Notes: a model not told the origin generated them from the letters alone. 64,000 bases of DNA from Euglena gracilis (GCA_039621445.1 CP154954.1:45611847-45675846), one strand, 5' to 3'; shown: positions 12,201 to 24,878, counted from the first letter of the stretch. Numbers and translations are program-made.

Positions 12201-12713
12201 GGGTCGTCCGTCGTCGGACGGATGGAGCTGTGGAGTTGGTCGGGGTGGCCAAGCGGGGAACAGAACAAACTTTCGTGGGGGGGGGGGTCTGGGTTGCCTA
12301 TTTGTTGTAGGGGGTGTGCATGTGTTTTTTCTACCACCTTTGTGCGTCCGTCAGCCTTGCTGTGTGACGCCACAGCTTGAAGGCAAATAATTCAGCCTCT
12401 CGTCTGGTGGCAAACCCCAAATGGAAGCCAACAAGGCTGAGCCCTGCAAGACCAGAGTTTGGTTTGACATCCCACGACGAAACCTAGCAAAAGAAGAAGT
12501 AGAAAAGCCCACGGAAAACAAGCCAACGGGGTATTTTCATTTGCCGGCCTGTTTTGGAGTTTTCTTCCGCCTTGAAGGCCGCTGAGCAATGTGGCTTGGC
12601 CGGATGGAACTTTGCAAACAATACAGTCACCCAGATCGCCCATTTGCCCACCGGCACCTGCCTCTGTGGCCAGGGCTGACCTGGAGGAGCTGCGGGTGTA
12701 CGTGGCCAAGTGA
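9290..12713 (+). CDS. TLDc-domain protein gene with probable plastid-targeting presequence (spliced)
   Basis: Exons ~9290-9590, ~9980-10131, 10249-10328, 10475-10535, 11028-~11192, 11398-~11440, (an unresolved piece ending ~11823), ~12010-12181 and 12672-12713 give LAYDATRDGWSAAAF|HRLVDNRGPAILVGKTTTGVL|FGAYNGIGW...NAFLF...GP|AFGADGLRIPL...SALGTYY...SLFG..|RADLEELRVYVAK*, the recognisable TLDc motif series. Possible upstream signal-peptide exons at ~7674-8885 are uncertain. Confidence 0.8.
10132..10248 (+). other. Non-conventional intron (117 nt, in frame, no stop)
   Basis: gccCAGACTTGCATTTA pairs with TAAATGAAAGTCTGgtgat (13 of 14 bp). Confidence 0.8.
10329..10474 (+). other. Non-conventional intron
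   Basis: gccCAGACCTCCCCGC pairs with GCGGGGGGCTCTGatgcc; splicing restores AAF|HRLVDNRGP. Confidence 0.85.
10536..11027 (+). other. Intermediate-type intron (GT start, non-AG end) containing a gtgactgactggtt repeat element
   Basis: gtgCGGCGGC pairs with GCCGCCGgggcc; splicing restores GVL|FGAYNG. Confidence 0.75.
11824..12009 (+). other. Non-conventional intron with a perfect 18-bp terminal stem and an internal ~12-bp minisatellite
   Basis: CAGCAACCTCCCGGCACA (11827-11844) is the exact reverse complement of TGTGCCGGGAGGTTGCTG (11986-12003); gaac(g/c)gtgtcc-type units occur at ~11850-11931. Confidence 0.7.
12182..12671 (+). other. Non-conventional intron
   Basis: gggCAGGGG at the 5' end and CCTCTGtggcc at the 3' end; splicing joins SLFGPTT|RADLEELRVYVAK*. 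Confidence 0.75.
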
Positions 12714-12809
12714 TCCCCCTCCCCCACTCCACCACCCCCGCTTTGATGTCCTGAGTCTGTATCTCCGAGGTTTGCAGGTGGCCAGGTTTCCTTTTTTTTT
12801 TGCACACTG

Positions 12810-12810
<1 letters not shown>

Positions 12811-12849
<39 letters not shown>

Positions 12850-12860
12850 CATACACACAT
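12811..12860. repeat. (CA)n microsatellite
   Basis: Directly visible. Confidence 0.95.
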
Positions 12861-13965
12861 GCGCACTGCCCCCTCCAAGGCAAGGGCATCGGCAGGTGCC
12901 GGCTATTCCCTGAGGAACACTGCCTACACCTCGGGAGAATTTGCATTTTTTTCATGTGATCCAAAACCTTGGAAAATTTCTTCTGATTTTTCTCGGGGAA
13001 TAACAGTAGTTGTAATGAAACATAAGTGAATGCAACTGGGCAAACCAAGCATGCCATTTGGAAGTGGTTGGTGTGGCTTTTTTCGTTGTTTTTTTATTAT
13101 TATTATTTTGGCCTTTTTTCATATATTATCCAAGACACAATTCTGTTTATGCTTTTATGTGTCCTGTTAGAAAAAAAAATGCAAATATTTGTCCAAAACA
13201 TGCGCCACCCTGCATAGGAAACCTTGCAAAGTGGGGAAAAAATCCGGAGGAGGTAAATATTTATCTAAGTCCTCTCCAGCAGAAAAAAATAATCCTGAAG
13301 GAAGTTACATGCAATTTTGCATTTTTGACATTCTTTGCATTTTTTTGTGTTGCATATTTTGGCGTGCTTTGTTGGATGCCCCCCCCACATAGCATAAATC
13401 AGCGCAGCTGAATAGGGGTGTAAATAGGGGGGGAGAATAGGGTGTGTTTTGGGCCGAGGAAGGAGGCCTGCCAATGGGTCGCCTGTCCTCCCGTCTTTGC
13501 CGAGGGGGTCATACCGTCCGGTGGTTGCCTGTCCCCAGGGAGCGTCCTGCCCCTGGGGCTTATGCTACAACGCAGCCCGAAGCCATCCTGCCCCAAAGCG
13601 TTCCCCGTAGGGTTCAAGCCCTGCTCAACAAGCAAATGAAGTAATGACGTTTCACTCGGTGGGCCGAAACCTGCAGGGGGGGCATCCATTTATTTCTTCT
13701 ATTTTCCCTTTATTTTCCTGTACGACGGAAGCGATGCTTTCGTGGTGGCAAGCGAGCGTTTTCTATGCACTTGGGCAGGTTAGCTGCCACAGGCGGATGA
13801 ACATGGGAGACCTTGGGGATCCCATCGGGATGGTCTCGCCGCCTACCGCATCGTCGTCCCCCCCCCCCGGCCGGGCACATCCGCCCACCCTCACACCCCC
13901 GGCCAAGCACCTAGCAAAAATGGCCTAAAATGGCCAAAATGGCCCAAAATGACTTTTTGACCCTC

Positions 13966-15544
13966 TATAGGTGGGGGTCCCTAAAATGGCCTAAAATGGC
14001 CTAAAATGGCCTAAAATGGCCTAAAATGGCCTAAAATGGGAGAAATTCAGTTGCATGATTCTGTTTCAATTTTTTTTGTGAACAGTTGAAGCCACTCAGG
14101 TTATGACTTTCGGTGTCTTTTGTTAATGAGGACGGTGAACAGTGGATTTGGTGGAGGAGGAACGGGTGGATTTTGTGCAAAAAGACAAGGATGGCAACAA
14201 AAAAAACATAACTAAAGTTCTTTTTGTTGGTTTTTTTTGAGAGTTTCCGATGTTTTGAAGGCAATTAAACGTTTTAAACAACATCCTTGGATTTCCAAAT
14301 TATGATGAACAAAAAAGTGTTATCGACTCGCCGCACTTGATTTCTAACAGGGTTTCCCACAAATTCGTGCCACAAATCATCACGAATAATCACGAACCAG
14401 CACGAATTTGGGGATTTTCCAAAATCACGAATAATCACGAATAATCATGAATAAGCACAAATTTCCACAAACGACCTGGAACAGTTTTTGTTCTCACTGC
14501 AGAATGTCTTCCTCTGAGAATGACGCCTCAATCAAGGAGCAATTCTCTTTAAAAGGGAAACGAACACGGAAATGGGGTGGAAATATGCCGACGGCCCAGA
14601 AGCGTGCTGCTCAGTGCCATCCCCAACTCTATTGTTTCATCTCTTTGCTTCATTTCACCTCATAGTTCCGCGACGTTATGGAAACCAGAGGCATGGAGAT
14701 GTGGTGCATTTTGTTTCATTTTTGACTTTTGTGATTGTGTTAGTGGGTTGGGCAATGTTCCAAGCTTTCAAACCGAAGTGGGTGGAAGACATTGCATCAA
14801 GCCGCTGTCATGATGCTCTGCAATGGTGATGTTGAGCAGCACTTCTTTGTTCGACATGTCATCTGACCCTTTCTGCCCATGGACAGCACACCGTGCAACA
14901 AAACACTGCACAATGCAACACCACACGCGTCAGCAACAACGTCATTTTTCAATATTGTTGATTTCGGTGGTTATAGAGTTTTGTTTTTGATATTTCTGCC
15001 GTTGGAGGTGATACACAATTGGATGAGGAGTGTGCATTGGTTTTCTGGGCAGGTTAAGTTAAAAAAAAAACGGGCGATTTTTGGGTAGCACGAATAATCA
15101 CGAATCAGAATTGAGGGTCCCTAGCACGAATTTGTGGGAAACCCTGCTTCTAAACAAATCAAATATCATTGAAGAAGGAATGGTGTGATTGTCATTACGC
15201 TGAAATTAGACGGTGTGAGTTGTTTCTTCTGATAAACCAAACTGAACAAGGTTGTTTCCACGTTACTTTGCTTTTGCAAACAAAGTGAAAGCGTCCAAAT
15301 TAGTGAAGCGTGGGATTACACTTTGAACACAATACAAGGTTGAGGATTTCCTCAGTTTCCATGTGCTTATTTCTTTCTGAGTTTCAATAATTTTGTCCAA
15401 AAGTTTCAGCAATTTTGTCCAAATGGTGTCAATAACCCTGTCCGCTCACTGTATTACTGAACCAGAGAAGGTTTGCGCACGTTATGATGCAGTTTTCGGG
15501 ACAAAAATGACGCAAATTTATTATTTTCAGAACCCCCACCTATA
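13966..15544. mobile_element. Non-autonomous TIR element associated with (aaaatggcct)n 10-bp repeats
   Basis: tataggtgggggtccctaaaat at the left end and attttcagaacccccacctata at the right end are imperfect inverted repeats. Confidence 0.5.
14348..15146. mobile_element. Non-autonomous hAT-like/MITE element nested in the previous element
   Basis: Perfect 23-bp TIR cagggtttcccacaaattcgtgc / gcacgaatttgtgggaaaccctg, subterminal aatcacgaat repeats, imperfect flanking duplication tttctaa/cttctaa. The superfamily is inferred only from the CAGGG ends. Confidence 0.7.
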
Positions 15545-16429
15545 CTTTAAAATGGCCTAAAATGGCCCAGAATGGCCATAAATGGCCTAAAATGGCCTAA
15601 AATGGGGAAATTTTTGGGCTGAATTATAGGTGCTTGCCCCCGGCCACCCCTCTCCTTTCCCCGTGGCTGTCTGCAGGCTGGGCACTCAGCCCCGCACGAC
15701 GCCCCCCTCTCCCCTCTGTTGTGCGGGTCACCTTGGGTGGCCCCGGGGCCCGACGGCCGTCGGCCCCGCCTCGCGACGTCCTCGCCAGCGCCTTCGTCTT
15801 CGAGCTCTTGCCTGCGTCCACCAGTGATGAGATGGGGCAGGGAAGCCTCCGTTGGGCAGGCTGGCAGACATCAACAGGCGGCAGCACGCCCAAGGAGCCC
15901 TCCAGGTGACACCATGAGCATTTTGAAGCGCAAGTCCAAATAGAACCAACAGTGCAGACTACCCGGGTTTAGTATATGTATTTGGGCGTGATTTCAAGAC
16001 CCTCAGGGTGGTTTTAGAGGGCAACGTTGTTTTTGAGAAGCACATTTTGTTTTAGGTCCCAGAAGTTTCATTTGCCCACCCGAAGTCAATCCCCCAAAAT
16101 TCCCACATTTTGAAGCGATAATTCCAGCATGTTTTACAGCATTTATCCTTTTGTAATGCCCAACAAAAACAAAGTCTAGGGCCGAGCAAATAAGTGCAGA
16201 TCGTGGCGTTAAAGTGCAGTGCCTAGCGATGAAGGACAGGGCCTGGCGTCCAGGCACCCAGCGTCCAGGCACCAACGGCAGACCAGAGCTGACCAGGGCC
16301 GACCGGGAGCGACCAAGGCCGATTATGGATTATGGTTTTCAGGACCCTCATAGGTGGGTGGGGGTTCCACCAGGGCCGACCAGGGCCGACCAGGGCTGAC
16401 TTTGCTTTTGTCAGCCGATAATGCTCATG

Positions 16430-17210
16430 GCAAATGATGGACAAGGTTTTCCCTGGCCGGCAGTTTTTGGCCATTTTTGCCACCATTGCCCATTCCCCCT
16501 CTTTTGACCACTTTTGCCCACTTTTGACTACTTTTTGGCAATTTTTGCCCATTTTTGTCCACTTCCACAGGCTGAGGAGAAAGAAGTAACCAAAAATGAC
16601 CAAAAAAAGCAGTCAAAGGTGACAAAAAGCAGTCGAAAGTTACCAAAGGTTAGCAACAGTCGTCAGACCAGCCTCGAGTGGTCAATAGTGACCAAAAGGT
16701 GGCCATAAAGCAACAGAAGCAGCTTGAAGTGGGCAAAAGGTGGCCAGAGGTGGCCAAAAGCAGCAGAAGAAGCCTCAAGTGGGCAAAAAGCAGCAGAAGT
16801 ATCCTCAAGTGGGCAAAAGTGGCCAAAGAGCAGCAGAAGCAGCCTCAAGTGGGTAAAAAGTGGGTAAAAGTGACCAAAAAGACAAAGCCAAAAGTGGCCA
16901 AAAGCAATCAACGGTGACCAAAAGTGACCATGAAGCAGTAGAAGCAACCTAAAATGGCCAAAAGTGGGCAAAGAAAGCCAAATTTTACTAAAAGTGGCCA
17001 AAGGCAATCAAGAGAAGTCAGAAGCCGACAAACAAAACCAGGAGCACTCAAAGGTATTTCAAAGCAACCAAACACGGCTTATGGCAGCCTAAAGTGGGGA
17101 AAATGCCAAAAGCGGCCAAAAGCAGGCAAAAGTGACCAGAAGCCGCCCAAATGTGTCCAAGTGTGACCAAAGTTGGCAAAAATGGCCAAAACTGGGTGAA
17201 AGTTCATAAA
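16430..17210. repeat. Degenerate ggccaaaag(t)-type satellite with ~30-bp higher-order units
   Basis: Recurrent gtggccaaaag and gcagcagaagcagcctcaagtgggc motifs. Confidence 0.6.
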
Positions 17211-18720
17211 AGAGCATTGCATGGTTGTGTGTTGTGTATGTGCCTATTTTTTTTGATTGGCATAACCCCCCTCCTATGGCCGACTATTTGCCAACCGGAG
17301 CCGACCAGGGCCAGAGAACCCAAATGGGAAGTGACTATGGGTGCCTGAGCGTCTTGAACAGCCGCAAATTACTGGAGGGTCGATTCAGGCGAATGCGCGC
17401 AAATTTGCAACATTCAGTTTGCCAGGTTTGAAACTCCGACCATCCGCAACCTACGGACGTGCAACCCAAGCATGGCTTGAATGTCTCCGGGTTTGAACCT
17501 CGAGAAGTGGGGTCCGAACACATTGTTTTGACACGTTGAAAAGGTTTTCATGGCTCGTCTTTGAAACGTCGGCCAGCGAAAATGGAATTGGAAAATCATT
17601 TGTGGCTCAGCTTTGAAACCCCGGTGGCTGAGGGCCATGCATTGACCACAGAAGAGGGGTCTTCAGCAGCCGGGGTCGTGCGCATGTGCGCCTGATTGGG
17701 GGTCTCTGAGGGAAAGCTTTCGTTTCCAAAAACGGGCCGGTTTTTGTGTCGCTGCACCAGTGCAAGACGTGGGGTGTGCTGTGCAAGGTCCCGTTGGGTT
17801 GGAGCATGGGAGCCTTGGGGCCTCAGAGGAGAGGGTATGCAGATGGCTGGGAAGGGCTATTTTGGACATGCGTGCGGTAGTGGGGCTGGTGGTGTGCTAC
17901 AGCGCTGGGAGATGCCGTGTGCACCTGATTGCGGGAGGAGATGCGTGATCCCTAATGTGGTACAGGCGCTGGCACGTGCTGACAGGTGTATCTGCGCATG
18001 GTTGCGAAGACAGATGAGGAAACCCCCAGCCGCTGGTTTGAAGTGGGATATGCCGAGTGTGCCCCTCCAGCCAATCCCTCGATCCAATCCAGAATCCACA
18101 CGCGCACATTTTCCTGTTTGAACACAACGAGCATGCGGATTTGCACCCGATCTGGGGCTGTTGCCAGAGAGGATTGCAACCTCCGGCCCTGTGGGCATGA
18201 CCAGGGTGAGGAGATGGTTGCGGTGCTTTGTGCAAGCCGTCCCGTGGTGTCTCCAGCCCCCGATGTTGAACGTCAGTGCAAAACGCTGGGACATGAGGCG
18301 CGCGCATGTGCGCCCGTGGACCAGGGGGTGTTGGATTTAGAAAGTGATGGGTGAGGCCCCCATTTAGCTTGCCGGTGTGATTGGCCAGGGCGGTTCTCGC
18401 ATGTGTGCACCTCCACTGTGACCCACATCTGTATGCAAATGCGCATATCTACATTTCAGGTGAAAAGGGTGATCATCACACGTGTGCAAAAAAAAAAATG
18501 GAAAAGCTCAAAAATTTTCTCGAATGGCCGGAAAACACATGTTTTGGGTGGGTGGGCGATGGTCAAGGATGCCAGATACAATTTTTTTCCCGAAGTCCAC
18601 CTGCTTTCGGCAAATATTTCGAGTTTTCTCTCAATTTTTGGCTTATTTGAATTTTGGTGGGATACCCGATGGGGGGGAGGGGGGCTTCTATTTGGGGGAT
18701 GCTTGTTACGTTACATTTAT

Positions 18721-18956
18721 ATGGCGGGGGTGAACTTGTGGGCCCCCCCCCTACACCCCCCTTATTTGAAGGAGTAGGGTTAGGTGCGCACATGCTAATT
18801 TGCGCTACCTGGCTACGTTGCGCAACGTAGCCATGTTGCGCAACATAGCCAATTAGCGCAACATAGCCAATTAGCGCAAATTAGCATGTGCGCACCTAAC
18901 CCTACTCCTTCAAATAAGGGGGGTGTAGGGGGGGGCCACAAGTTCACCCCCGCCAT
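18721..18956. mobile_element. Foldback (near-perfect palindromic) element with TAGGGTTAGG motifs
   Basis: Inverted arms of ~85 bp, atggcgggggtgaacttgtgg... / ...ccacaagttcacccccgccat, with TA-rich flanks. Confidence 0.85.
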
Positions 18957-19275
18957 TTATATATTTATATTATTCATATATTTGTACATATATTGTATTT
19001 TTGGTGTTATATTTCATTGATTGCCCTCCGTGGCTCAACGTGGCAGATAAAGGCAGATGAAGCAGAACCATAATTGTAAACCTCCCCAAAATGGAAAGAC
19101 CCAGGCTTTTTTTTGGGTCTGTTCTGGTCACCTTACTCGGGATTCTCGTTCTCAAACTTGAACTCAATCTCGAACTTGCGCAACGAAAAGAAGCATCGTT
19201 TGAGGGGTGCACATGCAGAGATTTGCACTTTGCCCATGGCCTGCCCCTTGGTCTGGTTGACCACAGCCCACAGAC

Positions 19276-22200
19276 ATGTCTGACCCGAAGCGGCAGAAGA
19301 CGGACCACTGCCCATACGATGCCAAGGTGTGTGCGTGTGTGGGTGGGTTGGTGGGTGGGTGGGTGGCTGGGTAGGTGGGTGGTAGCTGGGGGGGGGGGGG
19401 GACTGAGTGGGTGGATGGGTTTGGGTGGTTGTGGGTGGTTGGGTATCCCGACACTGCCCTTCGTCCACAACCCCCCCCCCTGAGCCACCCTGTGGCCAAG
19501 CACTGCTCCATGACCTCCAACCGATTTGCCACCTGGCTCCCCCAGGAGGAGACAAAGTTCACGCCCACCATCAAGGCGTACAAGAACCTCGACTTCCTCA
19601 GCAGCCGGCATGCCCGGTCCATCCGCATCATGTGCGAGTTCGAGGAGCCCCGCCGCCGCCTCCGGGAGCACTGCATCCAAGTGTGGCCACGTTGTTGTGT
19701 GCCTCCGTGCGAAGTGTAAGTGGGAAGTGCCGCACGTTTGGATGATTTTGTGCCCGCACTGATTTTGGCTCTGCATGACGAGTCTACGTGGCGCTTGGAC
19801 GCGCCCTGCCTGCGCTTTACAGTTCACCTGTTTTGTTGATTTGAAATCTTCCCCTACATATGTGTTTTAATTTTTGAACCATCTGCACATCCCCCCCCTG
19901 AAATCCTCCTCCTGATTTACAACGAACCTTGGTCTGGATAAGGGATTTTGGTGAGAAATAATGAGAGCAAGGTGGCTTGGTTTCTTGCCAATCGTCTAGG
20001 CGTGCATTCCCACCGGCTCCTTCTTAATTTGCCCATACATATATCACCCATGTAGCTAGTGCAGCAGATTTGCAGATACAAAGCCAATCTGGGCTTCAAT
20101 TCTGTTACCATTGTGTTCCCCTTCATTTTTGGGCGCAATGTTTCGCCCATATCCCTATTATTAATGAGTATGAGCTTTTGCTCGCTGTTGCGGGCCTTGT
20201 AGGTTTGCGTTGGTGATCCTGGATTGGCGGAAAGACAGAAACGTTGCCCCCCCCCACACCAACAACCCAGACGCCACCCAAGAACTCCTCCGTGTGCTTG
20301 TTGGCGTTGGAGTTGCGCCTGGGGTTTGCAGGGAACCCTGCTCATCTTTGGCTCCGCCCGATCGCTCTCCCATGAGGACCATGCGAAGGCGGTGAAGAAC
20401 TGTGAGGAGGTCAATCCCTCCGTTGCCACTGCCTTGCATTGCCTCCGGCCACCCAGCGCTGTGTTCATGAAAATCAAGAAAAATGCCAACACCAAAAAAG
20501 GCATCTCTGCCACCGATATCAGATCAGGAACTACTAAGATCACAAGGCCACCATCACATGGTGTTTGTAAACCTTGTACCTGGGAGGGAGGAATTGAAGA
20601 ATTTATCCGTTGGCATGCACAACAAGGGACCTTTTTTAACAAAATAAACGCATTTATTTTTCGTTCACATTAGGTTTAATTGTTATTCATTTATGTGTTG
20701 ATCCTTGTGCATTATCTAATACAGTTATGCATCACATCATACAGTTGATTGCTGACCTCCCGCTCATCCCATTGATCCCGTTGCGTTGGCGGCCATGCAT
20801 GTTATTTTTTTTGGCTATTAATGTCCCACAAGGACAGAAGTTTCATGATTTACATTTCTGAAGTTGGCAAATTTTCAGGAAAACTTTTCACCGTTTTTTT
20901 TGAACCGAATTCACCTGAAGGTGATGTGTTCGGGAGCATTTGTCATTTTCAGAGACAGCCAACAGCTTCACATCAAATGATATGGTCAATGACGGCACAC
21001 AATCAATAATTTTCAAATCGCAAACGACAAAAGCCAATCGCCCTCCTCCCATGGGCGGCTCGCAGGAGATTGCAGCAACTGCAGACCAGGCACAATTGGC
21101 GCGGCTGCAGGCAAAGCTGAGCCGCCTGCGGCGGTCGGTCTGGATGTGCGACTACTGCACCAAGGCAAGGGAGCTTGCGAAGCGGCTGACGGAGTGGACC
21201 ATGTCAGAGGTGTGTGGAATCACCGCCATGAGCCCAAGCCCATCAAAGCCACGCCACACGTTTGTTTGTGAGGGTGTTCATTGCCTTTGAAGTTGACTGG
21301 TTATATGGGGTAAGCCGCCCAGAAAGTGAGCACTTGGGTGACGAGATTTGATTCATAAATATAGCAATCTGTTCCCCTCTCGTAGGATGTCCGGAAGGGG
21401 CTGTGCGTTCAGGGGCTGAACCATGACAGCGGCTCGATGCAGCACTACACGCGGTACCTCACCGAGGACCTTCCCAGGGGGAACGGGAAAGGTATATCCC
21501 CCCGTCTGCCTCCACCAGCGATCATCAGGCAGGAATCATCTTCGTATTTGAGCGTTGGGTGGAAAAAGTCTTGTGTCGTGTGTACTCCTGCAATTCAACA
21601 CACACACCACATCGCGTCACATTGCATTGCATCGCATCGCATCGTATCGCATCGCACATGTATCCCCCAGCCCACACCGCAGATGCCACGGCAGAGCCGG
21701 CGTACCCACAGCACATCGTGGTGTGTACAGGAGGCGGCCCAGGCGTCATGGAGGCGGCCAACCAAGGAGCGGCGTCGGTATGGGATTCGATGACGATCTT
21801 GCACACAGCGGGGGATATGCAACTTGCATAATTTGCATTTTTTGCATAATCAGGGTTTCCGAATTTTTTTTGCTTTTTTTTTTGCATTTTTTGCATAAAA
21901 TATTTTGCCCTGAAAATTTTTTTTGTAGTTGGTCGCCATATGTTTGCATTTTTTTGCATTTTTTTGCATAAAATGTTTTGCCCTGGAAAAAAATTTTGTA
22001 GTTGGTCGCCATATGTCATGTTTTGTCTCTGGTCTCTCTGCAGTTGCCTGGGGTCTTTTGGGTCTCAGTGCTTGCCATTGCTTTCCAGGAGGTCTTCCTT
22101 GTGAATCATTGAGAGGTACACCAGCATTGTGTCATGTTTACTGATTTTAGGCAGCAAAACTCTGGTATATTCCAGCCTTTTCTTAGGGGTTTTATGCAAA

Positions 22201-24878
22201 TTGCATTTTTTTCGCATTTTTTGCATTTTTTTGCATTTTTTTGCATTTTTTTTGACTTGCATAATTTGAAGGGCCAAGTTGCATTTCCCCCCCCACCTGC
22301 ACACAGGCAGAATAAAGGGCCCTCTTTTTAAAATACCATTCTTTGACATTGATCCCAAACTTCCTGAATGGACGAGGCTCACTGTCCCCCAGACATTTCC
22401 TCAGGCATCCACCAGGCACCATTTTCAGGTAATTTTAAAAACTTTTCAAAGAATTTGGCCAAAGTGCTTTAAAGCCTTAAAGAACTTTAAAAAAAACTGT
22501 GAACATCAGTTTGGCAAGTTTTCTCGAGTAAAAATGAAGCTGCAAAATATCGAAGAAAATGGGTTTTGATTTTGGACCCATTCGATGCCCAAGCAGGCCC
22601 TTAGTGCGACCTTAGAAAACAGGACTTTAAAGAAATTTAAAAGGTTTTAAAGAATTTAAAAGGAAAAAAAAGTATTTTAAACATCTTTTAAAGAGTTTGA
22701 CATTTTTCTCCTTGAAATAATATTCCTTGGCTTCCACCCCTGGCCTCTGATTATCATTTACTGAACCCCCGGAGGCCGGGTTGGACTGCAGCAAGTTCGA
22801 AACAAAATTATAAAAATAATGTTTGATAAAGCTCCCTTTTTTGACTTGCATCAGAACAAATTTTCCACTCCCCCCCATGAGAGGGTGTCTTTCCAGAGGA
22901 TTTTGGTCCCAGTTCCTGGCCAGCAGACCCCTCCCCGGGTCCTCGAGCAACGGCCTGGTCCACCCCCCCCCCCCCCGGCATGGCTTCCTCTCCCGCCACC
23001 ATCTCGGGGCACAGGTGCCCGGGGCCAAGACGATGGGGATGGGCATCTCGCTGCCCTTCGAGAAGGGCTCCCCCCAGGGCCAGCCTGGGCAGCCCCACCA
23101 CTGTCCTGCTGGGCCCCAACGTATCTAGTCGCTGAAGCCAAACATCAGTTGAGGGCCAGGCGGGACGCAGTCAAACCATACGTCCGCGTTGTAAAGGTTG
23201 GGACAACGACTCAAAGGGAAGCACAGGTAGTATCAAGTATTGGAAGTGTTTTATTGACAAGAGGCAGGTTTTTTGGAAGTCATAAAATCAGAAACCCTGG
23301 CATTCATCAAACATATTCACCGGACATGTTTCTGTCAGTCAGTCATGATTTTGGATTGATCGATGAGGAAATTTGTGGGAAAATGAGTTTTCATATCTGC
23401 AATTTTGGGCAGGAACCCTCCCATCAGTTGAACCCTGCCAACGGTCGCCCCACCTCCCGTGAATGACCACCCGCTGTAACAGACCAGGAATTTGTGCTTA
23501 TCTTGAAATGGATAAGTACAGATAGCTTAAGAATGAGTTTGGACCCCAAGACAAGACATGGACAACCAAGGGGAACCATGGTTACCGGATTACCAGGTCA
23601 CCAGGTTACCAGGTGGCTGGTGAGGATTTTGACTCGGGGGAGGGTAGGGGGTCAACGTACACCAGCAAGCATTCGAAGCACGTCTATGAGAATTTGGTGA
23701 GTTTCTGGCAATCTATTTTCCCTAATTGTACCACCACATTTTTGGATGGTTGCCCAGTTGACCCAGTTCCCCTGTCCGCCAAGCCCCCCCACCCCCCCCC
23801 CCCCGGCAGTGGACAGGGCGGACGAACCCTGGCCGCCCCTGCCCCCAACCAGTACGTCACCCCCGAGCTGGCCTTCGAGTTCCACTACTTCTTCACGCGC
23901 AAGTTCTGGATGGTGTACCAGGCCCACTGTATCGTGGTCTTCCCAGGCGGCTTCGGCACCTTCGACGAGCTCTTCGAGGTGTGCAGGGGTGGCCGGCAAT
24001 GCAAAGCTACCCTGCCGGGGGTGCCTGTGACATTTCGACGAACGCATCTGATCGACAACGCTACCATAGTTGGACTGAACAGTGCATTTCTGCTCTGCGG
24101 GTGCTTTTTCTGTTCATTTGAATGCAGTTTTTTTTTTGAGGAAGAAGAAGAAAAGAAGAAAATTATGGCAATTCGGGGGGGGGGGGCAATCAGGATAGTG
24201 GTGGTTGTTAAGTATTGGAAGCGGGGCCCGCTCACCGCGTCGTTGTTATGCCAAAAGGCAATCGCAAGCGCGAACCCGTTGTGCATCAAGTCGGTCTAAA
24301 GGCCTTCCAGATGCCGTTCTCGTCCCCCCCCCCCGGCCTGTCTATGGCCGTCGCGATTCCAATCCGGAAGACAGGAATCGCAGTTCTGCCAAAAGGCAGC
24401 GGGTTGGGTTCAAGGTTTCCTGGGCGGATATTCCCCTCGGTGTGGTTGCACTTGGGCGGGCCTTGGGCTGCAGGCCGTCACCCTGAAGCAGACCGGCAAG
24501 CTGCGGCCGGACCTCCCCATCGTCCTGTTCGGCCGACAGTACTGGGAGAAGGTGGGCCGCATGCACGCATGAGACGGCGTTTTGGCTGGACCAGCCTCCT
24601 CCCCCCCCCCCGGTTCGGGTCAGGCGGCGTATGGAAGTCGTGGCCTGGCGGGGGGAGCGGGGTGGCGAATCCTCTTCCTGGCGCAGGTCATCAACTGGCA
24701 GGCGATGGTGGACCTTGGCACCATCTCCCAGAAGGACGTGGACGACCTGCTCTTCACGGACGACGTGGCCGAGGCGTACGACTTCATCACGTCGTCCCTC
24801 GCCCCCAACAAGCTCGCCATGTCGCCGCTCTTCTTGCCCGCCAAGGCCTCCCCTGCGGCCAGCAAGTTCCAGCTGTAA
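19276..24878 (+). CDS. LOG-family (Lonely Guy / 'lysine decarboxylase'-annotated) nucleotide monophosphate phosphoribohydrolase, ~370 aa, 10 exons
   Basis: Exons 19276-19326, 19501-19680, 20332-20409, 21066-21209, 21386-21491, 21683-21777, 23015-23071, 23847-23978, 24474-24551 and 24687-24878. Motifs are IFGSAR, TGGGPGVMEAANQG, ISLPFE, HYFFTRKFWMV, PGGFGTFDELFE and PIVLFG..YW. Eight introns are GT-AG and one is non-conventional. Confidence 0.9.
21810..22292. mobile_element. MITE-like element (TIR ggggatatgcaacttg / caagttgcatttcccc) with tttttgca repeats; relative at ~354-798
   Basis: Inverted termini visible; the same atgcaagttgcataatttgcatt motif occurs at ~360. Confidence 0.6.
23072..23846 (+). 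other. Non-conventional intron in the LOG gene
   Basis: cccCAGGGC at the 5' end and GCCCCTGccccc at the 3' end; splicing joins LPFEKGS|NQYVTPELAF. Confidence 0.75.

Noticed and set aside
13444-13644. Possible exon or small gene
   Set aside because: GC-rich, but no recognisable motif or joinable splice partners were found.
15624-15949. Possible exon on either strand
   Set aside because: Coding-like composition, but no frame could be supported.
17350-18354. Decayed transposase or other gene
   Set aside because: Short ORFs with no identifiable catalytic motif.
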